This document shows, in pieces, positions 13,201 through 24,842 of a stretch of DNA of 64,000 nucleotides; position 1 is the stretch's first letter, and each line of letters begins with the position of its first letter. The notes beneath the pieces were generated by a model, which had not been told where the DNA came from, did not search any database, and was given only the letters and a program-made list of their open reading frames with translations. Origin of the DNA: Anthoceros angustus (lineage: Eukaryota; Plantae; Anthocerotophyta). The position numbers and the translations under genes were made by a program. The stretch covers positions 496,001-560,000 of the forward strand of contig MU008177.1 in NCBI GenBank assembly GCA_010909165.1, written 5' to 3'.

Positions 13201-15171
13201 GAGGACCCAATGTCCTCCTCTTGGCCAAAGATCTCATTGTTGGCCTTCAAAATTCTATTGTGGAGGTGAGCCCCAAGTTGATATTGCATTTGGAGATCAT
13301 CAATCTCGTGGGCCACTCTCCATCTTCACACCTACCTTTGTAGGCGTCCCTTGAGGTGGTCAATTCCCCACCTTGACATGGAGGTCACATTCTCCTCCCT
13401 TGCTTCCTTGGTGGTGGCCAATTTTGCACGAAGGGCATAATGCCAAAACCTTCGCTTCCTTACTACCGGCATTCTATGTACCACTTTCTTGTGGTACTCC
13501 TCCTAGTCTAACCTCGGTTCGGGCTTCTTGGTTTCGACTCGCCCTTACGGCTGGCGCACTCCTCCACCAGCAAGTTCTTCCTTGGGCGGTTGCTATGAGT
13601 TTGACACGGACGAGAACCTCCGAGTCTTTCCTGTAGTCTACCCTCAAGCCGAGTTCTCAGGCATTTGCCACACCCAAAGCAAAGCAATTTCACGAACCAT
13701 TCACAAGGGAGCAACTCGTTTAGGCACTTGCGAGCAAGTCCTCCACCAAGCACTCCGACCACGCGACTTCCTCTCTACCGGGCCATGTTGGCTCACGGCC
13801 CTCTGTAATGGCAAAGGACTCGATGGCGTGGGCGCAAGACATGATACTTTACTTTGTGAAATCCTCCTCCTCTTATAGGAGGCCTTCCACATACAACCTC
13901 CCTTGGGTGACCCTCTGCAGTCACCTTTTCCAATTCTATTATTTCCTACATGACATTTAATTATGCGATCCTTGGTAAATTCTATTCTAGTAACTTCACC
14001 TAAGACCATCCTTGAAGGATGTCGATTACACCACCTATCCTTCTTCTCCTTCTTCCCCAAAGCTCATTTATGGTCATTGACCATTCTTAGTCTTATCTTT
14101 GGGGTGGTGACATGTCCCTTGATTGGCTCCCTCGCCCTCCTTTTGCTCTGTCCCTTCCCGGATCTTGTCGCCTTCCTAATGTGTGGGGCAAGTACAATCC
14201 CCCTTCCTCCATCTCCAGGCGCCTAAAGTCTGTTATCTTCCATCGCGCCTCCCGCACCTAGGCGCCTTTTCTCCGGCCGCGGTGGCGCCCGTTCATCGCA
14301 CCCTACGCGGTAGTCGGCGGACTACGTGGTAGGTGACTACCTACCATGGTAGTCGGTACCTATCTCCTTCTTCTCCTTCCTCTCCATCGGTGATGTCTGG
14401 GTGAGTTCCTCTTGCTCCTTCCTTGTTGGTTTGTCCATACCTATCATAGAGCATGTCTTCAAAGAATCTTCCCCATTCGATTATGTTGCTACTAACTCCG
14501 GGCCTTCTTGCGTTGGTCTCCTCTCGGGCCCGGCTCCTCCCTTATCCGTGGGGCGAGGGAACTTCTCACCCCTCCCCTTCCTCGTGGTCGGACCCGTCCT
14601 TAGTCTCCTCGGTGGGGTTGTCTCCCACCACCCAGCTGCTCCTAGGGGTATACTACGGACCCCGGCTCCTTCATCCTCGGCCGGGCCTCCGGCTCCTCCC
14701 TTATCCGTGGGCCACTCTCCATCTTCACACCTACCGGTAGTCTGGCGGACTACCGGCGTGTGTGTGTCTACCACGGTCAGCGGACTACGTGGTGGTGGTC
14801 ACCGTGGTAGGTTGACCCCGGAGGTGGGCTTTCCCCTCCTTGCTCTGCGCCACCTTCTACCTTTGGCGCTCTGGCTCCTTCGTCTCGACTCCTCAGTTCC
14901 TCGGAGTCCATTTCGTGATGGCCTCATCAAAATCGGAGGCCTCTGCTGCACTTGCGGCTCCTTCTGTCATCATCATGAGGACCCAATGTCCTCCTCTTGG
15001 CCAAACGCAAGATCTCATTGTTGGCCTTCAAAATTCTATTGTGGAGGTGAGCCCCAAGCTATGATATTGCATTTGGAGATCATCAATCTCCGTGGGCCAC
15101 TCTCCATCTTCACCTACCTTTGTAGGCGTCCCTTGAGGTGGTCAATTCCCCACCTTGACATGGAGGTCACA
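10278..15171 (-). repeat. PBS-proximal part of the LTR of the autonomous element (internally duplicated; ~2.2 kb monomer)
   Basis: Ends CCCTACCACA next to the PBS; ~900-bp period duplication (TATA anchors 11198 and 12100); second partial copy at ~13500-15171. Confidence 0.75.
11198..11206 (-). promoter_or_regulatory. Candidate LTR TATA box CTATAAGAG (also at 12100-12108 and 13870-13878)
   Basis: TATA-like motif ~920 nt upstream of the LTR end in element orientation. Confidence 0.5.
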
Positions 15172-15189
15172 TTCTCCTCCCTTGCTTCC

Positions 15190-17299
15190 TTATTTGGCTG
15201 GCCAATTTTGCACGAAGGGCATAATCACCCAAAACCTTCGCTTCCTTACTACCGGCATTCTATGCACCACCTTCTTGTGGCTCCTCCTCTGGACCTCCTT
15301 CCTTCCAAGTCCTCTATTCTTGAGCAAGCCCTTCCTCTCCGCTTGCCAAGCATCTTTCTCTCCAGCTCCTGGTCTTGGTTTTGAATTTCCAGCTCGGGCG
15401 CTTCTCTTCCAAACTAAAGGGCTCTTCTCAACTCTTCCTTCATGTCCGGATGATGGCTTGCGTAGCCATCACACTTCTTCTTGCGTCCATTTCTTTGGAC
15501 GCTACCTTCTCCTTCCAGCCTCTGTTTTGCCCTTCTCTTGCTCTAATTGGGCAAAATGCTCTCCGCCTGCCTCCATGATCCGTTGGGTGGTTGCTCGAAT
15601 GGCTCTTTCTTGGTTTTGACAACCTCCCTCAAGACCTTCTCCTTGGCCCGATCCATAAGGTCGTGGAGCTTCTCCTGACCTTTTCCTTGGCTGCCTTTTC
15701 ATCGGACTCCATGGCCTCCAATTGCCATTTGGTCCTGCCTTCCTCCGGCCATGTCTTGAGATTTCACTTCCTCTTGGCATGCCCACAAGGAGGCTGCTGT
15801 CTCTAGCCTTCAAATCCACACGGTGAGTGCTTCACAAGCACCAGCAATTCTCCTAGGGGTCCTAATTCCACCCCTTCTTTCTTCTTCTTGCTGGAAATTT
15901 CCAGCTCTCACACTTCTCGGGCCATCGCGGCGTCCCTTCCGTCGCTCCATCCGCCTCCCACCCGGTAGCGGAGATGGTGGCCTCGGCGCCCTTCGCTCTT
16001 GCTCTCTTCCCTTGCTTCTCCTTCCCTTCCACCGTAGTGCTGCTGGCGGCGTGGGGTGCCTACCGGTGGGCTGCTCCCCAGTAGTCGCCTACCTACCATG
16101 GTGGTGAGTGCCCACCCCTTGGGTGGCCTTCCTCCGGTCTTCCAGCCATTCTTGGCGTGGGGTGCCTACCGGTGAGGCTGCTCCCCAGTGATGCCTACCA
16201 TGGTGGGGTGGCCTACCACGGTGAGTGCCCACCCCTTGGGTGCCTCCCTGAGTGATCTGAGGTGCCTCTCTTGTAGGCACAAAGGAGATGGTGGGGACTC
16301 CCCACTCTCGGGCATCACCCCTCCTGTGGTCCTTCTCTCATAGACCACCATCCGGCCTTCGCTTCTTGCTCTCTTCCCTTGCTCACTGTGGGAAAGGATT
16401 CCCACTCGGCAACTTTGTTGCCTCGAACCTTCTCCTCTTGCCTCTAGCATTTTGTGGAGGTCGACCTCCCACCGTCTTCGCAATGCAAAGGCAAAGGCCT
16501 TTCCAACCTCGGTGGAGTGGATGACCTCAAAGGGATGCCATGCATCTTCAAGCTCCTTGCTTGTGAGAGTCCCTCGGTTTCCCATAAATGCACCAAATAG
16601 GTGCTAAGATAGGCCTTGGCCTTCCTCATCCACCGAATTTGGCTTGAGGAGCTTCTCTCGATGGTGTATGTACGCTTCATACATGATAGTCCCCAATCGG
16701 CTTGGCTCCCATGGAAATCTTCCACAAAATTGGAGGAAGTTGGTCTTTGAAATAAGAGTGCGTTGGTAATTTACCAACCCCAGCACAATCTTTGCGAAGA
16801 GCCTCCACTTGACTCCTTGATGCTCTCGGTCTTCCAGCCATTCTTGGCGTGGGCCTTCACTCCTCCATCCATCATGTCAAGGAACTCTGCGGGATGTCGG
16901 AGGATCCTCTTCCTCCATTCGACCTTTCGAGGAGAGCAATTCGAGCTCTCTTCCTCCGGTCTTCCATACACCGAATACTTCTCACGGTCCAACGGGATCC
17001 GTTCTAGCATTCCTTCCGGTGGCGGCACTTCCGATTGATGGAGGTTGATGTAACACTCCTCAATCAATTCCAAATTGGTGTAGGCCCATTGGCGGCCATA
17101 CACCCATCCTAGTTGGATGTTCTCCTCCTCCGCCGAAAATCAACCAAATCTCGGGGTTGCTGCCCGGCAAAGCAAGTGAATTGGGGCATCACAAGTTCAC
17201 CTCCTGGCGGGGCCTGCTGCTTTCTTTCCTTTCCTTTCCTCTCGCGAGGAGGAGCCCTTGCCGGCGGCTCCTTCCCTTGCCTTTTCCATTTCGAGGCAT
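15190..17299 (-). pseudogene. ORF A, copy 1: ~700-codon accessory protein (basic N-terminus, conserved core, coiled-coil C-terminus), frameshifted
   Basis: ATG at 17299 (MPRNGKGKG..); YGRQWAYTNLELIEECYINLHQSE; GLVNYQRT; TIMYEAYIHHREKLL; LSTYLVHLW; WQLEAMESDEKAAK..EEHFAQLEQE; TAA at 15190-15192. Synonymous divergence from the 37821 homologue. Confidence 0.7.
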
Positions 17300-17520
17300 G
17301 GCACCTTCCTTACTCCTCGCTCTAGCAAAGAGGATTACTTCCCAATTTCAGCGTTGTGTGCTCAAGCTTCACCTCCAAACACTCCTTTTCTCGTCGTGTG
17401 ACTCCCGACAACACAAGCACACGTTAGCCTGTCTTGAGCCTCAGGCTCAATTTCCTCCTTGATTTCTTCTCCGGCGCCCGCAGTGGTGTGATTTTCCTCC
17501 TTCTACTCTCCTCTCCTTCA

Positions 17521-19480
17521 CCTTCTTGTGGTACTCCTCCTCTGGACCTCCTTCCAAGTCCTCTATTCGTTGAGCAAGCCCTTCCTCTCCGCTTGCCAAG
17601 CATCTTTCTCCTTGCTTGCTCACAGTTCTTGGTTTTGAATTTCCAGCTCGGGCGCTTCTCTTCCAAACTAAAGGGTCCTTCTCAACTCTTCCTTCATGTC
17701 CGGATTTTGATGGCTTGTAGCCATCACATTCTTGCGTCCATTTCTTTGGACCGCTACCTTCTCCTTCCAGCCTCTGTTTTGCCCTTCGCTCTTGCTCTAA
17801 TTGGGCAAAATGCTCCTCTTGCCTCCATGATCCGTTGGGTGGTTGCTCGAATGGCTCTTTCTTCTTGACAACCTCCCTCAAGACCTTCTCCGCGCTCCAT
17901 AAGGTCGTGGAGCTTCTCCTGACCTTTTTCCGGCTTGGCTGCCTTTTCATCGGACTCCATGGCCTCCAATTGCCATTTGGTCCTGCCTTCCTCCGGCCAT
18001 GTCTTGAGATTTCACTTCCTCTTGGCATGCCCACAAGGAGGCTGCTGTCTCTAGCCCCTTCAAATCCACACGGTGAGTGCTTCACAAGCACCAGCAATTC
18101 TCCTAGGGGTCCTAATTCCACCCCTTCTTTCTTTGGAAATTTCCAGCTCTCACACTTCTCGGGCCATCAGCCCCTTCACCGTCGCTCCATCCGCTCTCCC
18201 ACAGCGGAGATGGTGGGGACTCCCCACTCTCCATCTTCTCCTTCCCTTCCACCTTCTTGTGGTACTCCTCCCTTGCTTGCTGGCGGCGTGGGGTGCCTCT
18301 CGCGAGGAGGAGCTTCTCCTTGATGCTCTCGGTCTTCCAGCCATTCTTGGCGTGGGGTGCCTACCATGGTAGGTGCCCACCCCTTGGGTGGCGCCTCCCT
18401 CCAAGACCTTCTCCTAGGGGTCCTAATTCCACCCCTTGGGTGCCTCTCTCGTAGGCACAAAGGAGATGGTGGGGACTCCCCACTCTCGTCACCCCTCCCG
18501 TGGTCCTTCTCTCATAGACCACCATCGGCCTTCTCGGCCGCTTCTTGCTCTTCTTCCCTTGCTTGCTCACTGTGGGAAAGGATTCCCACTCGCAACTTTG
18601 TTGCCTCCATCTTCTCCTCTTGCTTCTAGCATGCTTGTGGAGTCGACCTCCCACCGTCTTCGCAATGCAAAGGCAAAGGCCTTTCCAACCTCGGTGGAGA
18701 TGGATGACCTCAAAGGGATGCCATGCATCTTCAAGCTCCTTGCTTGTGAGAGTCCCTCGGTTTCCCATAAATGCACCAAATAGGTGCTAAGATAGCAGGC
18801 CTTGGTCCTTCCTCATCCACGAATTTGGCTTGAGGAGCTTCTCTCGATGGTGTCGCTTCATACATGATAGTCCCCAATCGGCTTGGCTCCCATGGAAATC
18901 TTCCACAAAATTGGAGGAAGTTGGTCTTTGAAATAAGAGTGCGTTGGTAATTTACCAACCCCAGCACAATCTTTGCGAAGAGCCTCCACTTGACTCCTTG
19001 ATGCTCTCGGTCTTCCAGCCATTCTTGGCGTGGGCCTTCACTCCTCCATCCATCATGTCAAGGAACTCTGCGGGATGTCGGAGGATCCTCTTCCCCCATT
19101 CAACCTTTCGAGGAGAGCAATTCGAGCTCTCTTCCTCCGGTCTTCCATACACCGAATACTTCTCACGGTCCAACGGGATCCGTTCTAGCATTCCTTCCGG
19201 TGGCGGCACTTCCGATTGATGGAGGTTGATGTAACACTCCTCAATCAATTCCAAATTGGTGTAGGCCCATTGGCGGCCATACACCCATCCTAGTTGGATG
19301 TTCTCCTCCTCCGCCGAAAATCAACCAAATCTCGGGGTTGCTGCCCGGCAAAGCAAGTGAATTGGGGCATCACAAGTTCACCTCCTGGCGGGGCCTGCTG
19401 CTTTCTTTCCTTTCCTTTCCTCTCGCGAGGAGGAGCCCTTGCCGGCGGCTCCTTCCCTTGCCTTTTCCATTTCGAGGCAT
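17521..19480 (-). pseudogene. ORF A, copy 2 (tandem duplicate, period 2181 bp, lacks the last ~30 codons)
   Basis: ORFs 16771..17103 and 18952..19284 are nearly identical; ATG at 19480. Confidence 0.7.
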
Positions 19481-21200
19481 GGCACCTTCCTTACTCCTCG
19501 CTCTAGCAAAGAGGATTACTTCCCAATTTGTTGTGTGCTCAAGCTTCACCTCCAAACACTCCTTTTCTCGTCGTGTGACTCCCGACAACACAAGCACACG
19601 TTAGCCTGTCTTGAGCCTCAGGCTCAATTTCCTCCTTGATTTCTTCTCCGGCGCCCGCAGTGGTGTGATTTTCCTCCTTCTACTCTCCTCTCCTTCACCT
19701 TCTTGCCGGCGCTCCAACCGCCTTGGTGTGGCTCCTTCAATGTGTCTCTTTTCCGTTGAAGAGCCTCCACTTGACTCCTTGATGCTCTCGGTCTTCTCCT
19801 CCTCCTCTTTCTCCTTTCCTCCTTGATGCTCTCGGTCTTCTCCTTCGCCGCCTTCCTCCTTGATGCTCTCGGTCTTCTCCTTCCTCTTTGCGCTCCGGCT
19901 TGATCTCGGTCTCTTGGGAGTGAGTTCGCCTTAGCTCGAAGGAAGTTGGCGCCAAACCGCACTTTGCTTTGGATAGCCACTGGCGGCCACACAACCCTAG
20001 ATTGTGCATCATTCACAAAATCCTAATCGATCTATAATACCTATTTTCCTACTGCCTAATTAATCTCTTGCTAATTACTATATATTTATCCTTTATTGAT
20101 GAGCATATATAGTGGATATCCCCTATTCTAATTTCCTTTTTGTGAGATCTGTGACCTACCACGGTGATACCGACCTACCGTGGTAGTGTGACCTCTGATG
20201 ATACCTCTACCGCCCTTCGGCTGCCTTCTCCTCTTGCCTCTAGCATTCCTTTCCTCCTCTTTCTCCTTTCCTTGCCTTCCTAACAATATCCTACAACTCC
20301 GACTTGACTTGAGAAAATTTCCGGCATGATCCTCTTCAATCGTTCTAGCCAAAAAAATCAAACTTGTTCGTCTTGGGCTCTTTTGGGCTGGTTGCCCAAA
20401 CTTTGCGTTCCACAAAGGATTGTCGTAAGAAGAATGGGGAACCTCGAGGCATGGCACCTTCCTTACTCGCTCCTAGCAAAGAGGATTACTTCCCAATTTC
20501 AGCGTTGTGTGCTCCAAGCTTCACCTCCAAACACTCCTTTTCTCGTCAGCGGACTCCGAGGCACAAGCACACGTTAGCCTGTCTTGAGCCTCCGGCCGAT
20601 TTTCCTCCTTGATTTCTTCTCCCGTGTGGTCGCGATTTTCCTCCTTCTACTCTCACTCTCCTTCACCTCCCACCGCCTTCCTCTCGCGAGGAGGAGCCCT
20701 TGCGGCTCCTTCAATGTGTCTCTTTTCCCGGATTGAAGAGCCTCCACTTGACTCCTTGATGCTCTCGGTCTTCTCCTCCTCTTTCTCCTTTCCTCCTTGA
20801 TGCTCTCGGTCTTCTCCTTCGCCACCGCCTTCCTCCTTGATGCTCTCGGTCTTCCATACACCCATCCTAGTTGGATGTTCTCCTCCTCTTTCTCCTTTCC
20901 TCCTTGATGCTCTCGGTCTCTTGGGAGTGAGTTCGCCTTAGCTCGAAAAGGAAGTTGCCAAGCGCACTTTGCCTCCTTTGGATGATGCCACCGGCGCACA
21001 CAACCCTAGATTTGTGCATCATTCACAAAATCCTAATCGATCTATAATACCTATTTTCCTACCGCCCTAATTAATCTCTTGCTAATTACTATATATTTAT
21101 CCCTATTGATGAGCATATATAGTGGATATCCCCTATTCTAATTTCCTTTTGCCTTCCTAACAATATCCTACAACTCCGGCTTGATCTCGGTCTTCCATAC
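19481..21200 (-). promoter_or_regulatory. Leader/promoter region upstream of ORF A with AT-rich TATA-like block, duplicated (~1.0 kb period) and chimeric
   Basis: CTATATAT-like motifs near 20080-20115 and 21090-21125; collinear homology to 36721-37820; duplicate anchors 19992 and 21001. Confidence 0.5.
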
Positions 21201-21454
21201 ACCCATCCTAGTTGGATGTTCTCCTCCTCTTCCCCCATTCAACCTTTCGAGGAGAGCAATTCGAGCTTTCTTCCTCCATTCGACCTTTCGAGGAGAGCAA
21301 TTCGAGCTTTCTTCCTGGGATATCCTTTTGCCTTCCTAACAATATCCTACAACTCCAGCTTCAAGATTCAAAAGTTTTCGCATGTTCCTCTTCAATCGTT
21401 CTAGCCAAAAAAATCAAACTTGTTCGTCTTGGCTCCCATGGAAATCTTCCACAA

Positions 21455-24400
21455 AGGATTGTCGTAAGAAGAATGGGGAACCTCGCAAGGAGGCCCCACT
21501 GAGCTAACATTGCAAATAAGAAACAATCTTCCTCAACTCAGTGATTGCTCCTTTTGTGCTTCTTCCAAGCCCTCAATACCTCATGGTACTTAGGCAGTGG
21601 AGCTACTTCACATATTTGTTACAATGAAACTCTTTTGAGTCTTACTCACCAACCACAGGACATCGTGTCCTCACAGGGAATGATCACAACCTACCCATAG
21701 CGGGTGTCGGTTGATTGTATTCAAGTGTGATTCAGTCGTTCTTCATCTTCATCACGTCCTCCATGTTCCTTCAATGTGCAAGAATCTAGTATCACCGCAA
21801 GTCTTTGTCAAGAACACACTGCAGTGATCCTTTATGCGATAGTTGTCTTCTCTCTTTCATAAGTGATAGAAACTATACAATGCACAGCACTTTAGATGAT
21901 GGTCTCTATAGATTGTCGACAAGTGGGAGCCACCCATTCGCTAATGTTGCCATTCCAAACCCGACACCTACCCAAACCATGCTTTGGCATTGTCGCCTTG
22001 GTCATCCTAATAGTCAAAAATTAATCCAAATGTCTAAGGGAGCTTTATATAGAACCCCTTGCCTTGCAAAGGTTGAACACCTACCTTGGTGCGAATCTTG
22101 TGTCCTCACTAAACGACATCAAGAGCCTTTCAAAAATAAATCTCCACAAACGGCCAAGTCACCTTTAGAGATAGTGCACACAGACATTTGTGGACCCTTG
22201 TCTACACCCTCCCTTTCACTTCTTCAAGGACTACATGAAATGGGCTGAGAGACTTACAGATCACAAACTCAAGACCTTACGTTCCGACAATGGTGGAGAG
22301 TTTACATCTCTTGGTGAGGATTTTGTCGAGTTGAAGGTATAGCTCAACAACTTACGCTTGTCTACACTCCTCAACAAAATGGCGTGGCAGGCGAATCTCG
22401 CCTCCAAGAGATCACGGTTGCTTATTGGTACAAGCTAAGTTATCTAAGGCTTATTGGGCGGAGGCCCTCCTAGACAACCTATCTCATGAATCGATTGCCT
22501 ACATCAGTTCAAGGTATGACTCCATATGAAGCATTCATTGGCAAGAAGCCTTCTATTGACCACCTTGAATTTTTGGATCCCCACATATGTTTTTATTCCC
22601 AAAGCATTGCGTAAGTTGGATCCCAAAGCATAAGTACACTTTCATTGGCTACACAAGGTATCAAAGGTACAAATTGTTCAACCCTTCTACAAGGCAACTT
22701 TTATCATGGGAGTGTTACTTTTCATGAGTCTTACCTCTTTTCCCCATGTGGGAGCGATAGGCTTGGTCCTCCTCTTGATGAGACCATTGACCCTTCTTAT
22801 TTTGATGATCTGATTATTTCACTCCATTTCCCATTCCCGCTTCGTGTTCCTTTAGTTGAACCTATTATGCATAAGGAGGAGGAGTTAGCATCCATTCCAC
22901 AACGGGCCGATGTTGACATCATCGGCGCGATTGACACTCATGATGATGAGTTTGATGACCCTACGGAGGATGACATTGTGGAGCCAGATCCTCGTTGATC
23001 CCGCCTCGTGGATGATGCACACACACAAAGGTACAACCTTAGATCCCGACCTACTATCTCGGGTCTGCGGGTTGGAAGGAACCTCCTTTAGGATACCTAG
23101 CTGTTTTGATGATCCTATACCCCTATATCACTTTATTCTCAAGCTGTCTACAAGGCAACTATAGACCCGGAAGAACCTCTTACCTTAAAACAAGCTTTCT
23201 CTTCTCTGAAAAGACTTATGGAAGGTAGTCAGAGATTCGAATATAATTCCCTAGTTAATAACTCTACATGGGAATTGGTCAAACCACCTAGGGGTAGGAA
23301 GATAGTAACCAGCAAATGGGTATTCAAAATTAAAAGAAAAGGAGATGGTTCTATAGAAAGGTATAAGGCACGCCTAGTAGCGAGGTTTTACACAAATTCT
23401 GGTCTAGATTACATACCTTGGGCCACTTATGCCCCAAGAGCCAAATTTGCCACACTTCGAATGATATTTGCCTTATGTGCCCAACATGATCTTGAACTCC
23501 ACATGATGGATGTTAAGACAGCATATTTGTATGGGCGCCTGCAAGAGGAAATATACATGAGACAACCCGAGGGTTACGAAGTTAAGGGCAAAGAAGATTG
23601 GGTATGCCGACTCATCAAAGGTTTGTATGGCCTTAAGCAGTCAGGCAAGAATTGGAACTTAACCATACATGTACAACTTATTGGGAGAGGATTTAAGCAA
23701 AGCCAGGGTGATGCTTGTATGTACATCCTAATATCTGGCAATGATATATTTTATCTTCTACTTTATGTTGATGATGTTTTTATGGCAACAAACTCCCTCA
23801 CTCTCCTAGCCGAAACTAAAGCATGGCTTAGGACTCTATTTGAGATGTCCGATCTAGGAGAAATGACATATGCACTTGGTGTTAATATTATACGAAATAG
23901 AGGTAATAAGACTCTAAGTATAGTTCAAACCAAGTATATTAAGGAGAGTTTAGCTAAATTTGGACTTGAGGATGCAAAGCGCACCCACACCTTTGCAAGT
24001 GGTGTTAGGCTTACCTCGATATGAGTCCCAAAACAGTGAAGAAAAGCTAGAAATGTCAGTTCCATACCGACATCTTGTTGGCACTCTAATATATTTATGC
24101 AATTTTACGAGACCGGATATATCTTTTGAAGTCGGTTCACTGCTCACAATTCTTGGAGAACCACAGGCGTGAGCCTTTGGATGTCAGCGTATATTCGATA
24201 CCTTAAAGGCACTATGTACAGGATCGATGTTCAAGCATACACCAGCTATCAACACATTAACTCTAACGGCATATGATGCCGACTATCGGTGACCCGACAC
24301 GAAAATTTGTCGGTATGTATTACTCTTGGGAGCACCAATATCTGGTCAAGTAAGAAACAACCTACTATAGCTTTGTCATCGAATCTCAAGTGGTACTAAC

Positions 24401-24715
24401 CTCGGTTCTAAAGACATAGTGTGGTCCAGTTAGTTTTGAGTGAACTTCACCATCCTCAACTTAAGCCTACATCTTTGTTTAGTGATAGCCGGTGCCATTG
24501 CACTTGCGAAATCACCTTTTCATTCTAGAACTAAACATATAGCTGTTGAGTATCACTACATAAGGGAAAGGTTAGAAGATCAAACCATAAATATTAGTTA
24601 TGTTCAAACTTTAGACAATGCTGATTTATTAACAAAGTCATTGGGAATTGAGTTACATAGGAAACACATGAAATGTTTGGGTATAATGGACACACTGTCC
24701 AAACCTTTAACCTAA
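21455..24715 (+). mobile_element. Ty1/copia retrotransposon: gag end, protease, integrase, RT, RNase H (decayed)
   Basis: TKDCRKK (knuckle end); WYLGSGATSHIC at 21584; LWHCRLGH; VHTDICGP; SDNGGEF; WELV..KWVFKIK..RYKARLVA, MDVKTAYL, LYGLKQS, LLYVDD (ORF 23218..24024); RTKHIAVEYHYIRE, ADLLTKSL. Copia domain order PR-INT-RT-RH. Confidence 0.93.
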
Positions 24716-24842
24716 TACTCACCCTAGCAGCCTTAGGGCCGATTTAAGATAACCTTAAAATCTTAGCCCAAAAATTATTGTCTTACTATTTTCTGAACAT
24801 TTTTCTTCTTCTATCTCAAAATAGCTTAGGTCATCCCTGCCT

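Larger units (their letters stand above)
1..20395 (-). mobile_element. Autonomous Ty3/gypsy LTR retrotransposon, non-chromovirus (Athila-like); 3' end lies outside the window
   Basis: Minus-strand order is terminal region, PBS (10260-10273), gag with CCHC knuckle, protease, RT, RNase H, integrase. RT motifs KKDHHPLP and FMEVFxDDF and RNase H RWVLLQEFD resemble Athila-type pol. Right boundary inferred from loss of homology to the 36721 copy. Confidence 0.85.

Noticed and set aside
13389-13402. Circularly permuted or one-LTR-circle insertion defined by a PPT at 13390/15172
   Set aside because: Not adopted as the primary model because it needs the same internal breakpoint in two independent copies; kept as the alternative in the giant-LTR finding.
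8841-15384. Long plus-strand Ser/Pro/Leu-rich ORFs (8841..9731, 12590..13354, 14401..15384) as genes
   Set aside because: Antisense shadows of a purine-rich minus strand; no motifs, and not preserved between duplicated copies.
15190-17299. ORF A as a retroviral-type envelope
   Set aside because: No signal peptide or transmembrane helix evident; the N-terminus is basic and the C-terminus coiled-coil.
21500-21509. TGTTAG on the minus strand as the gypsy LTR start
   Set aside because: The sequence on both sides reads as continuous copia gag (TKDCRKK..ANIANKK..WYLGSG); the real homology break is near 20395.
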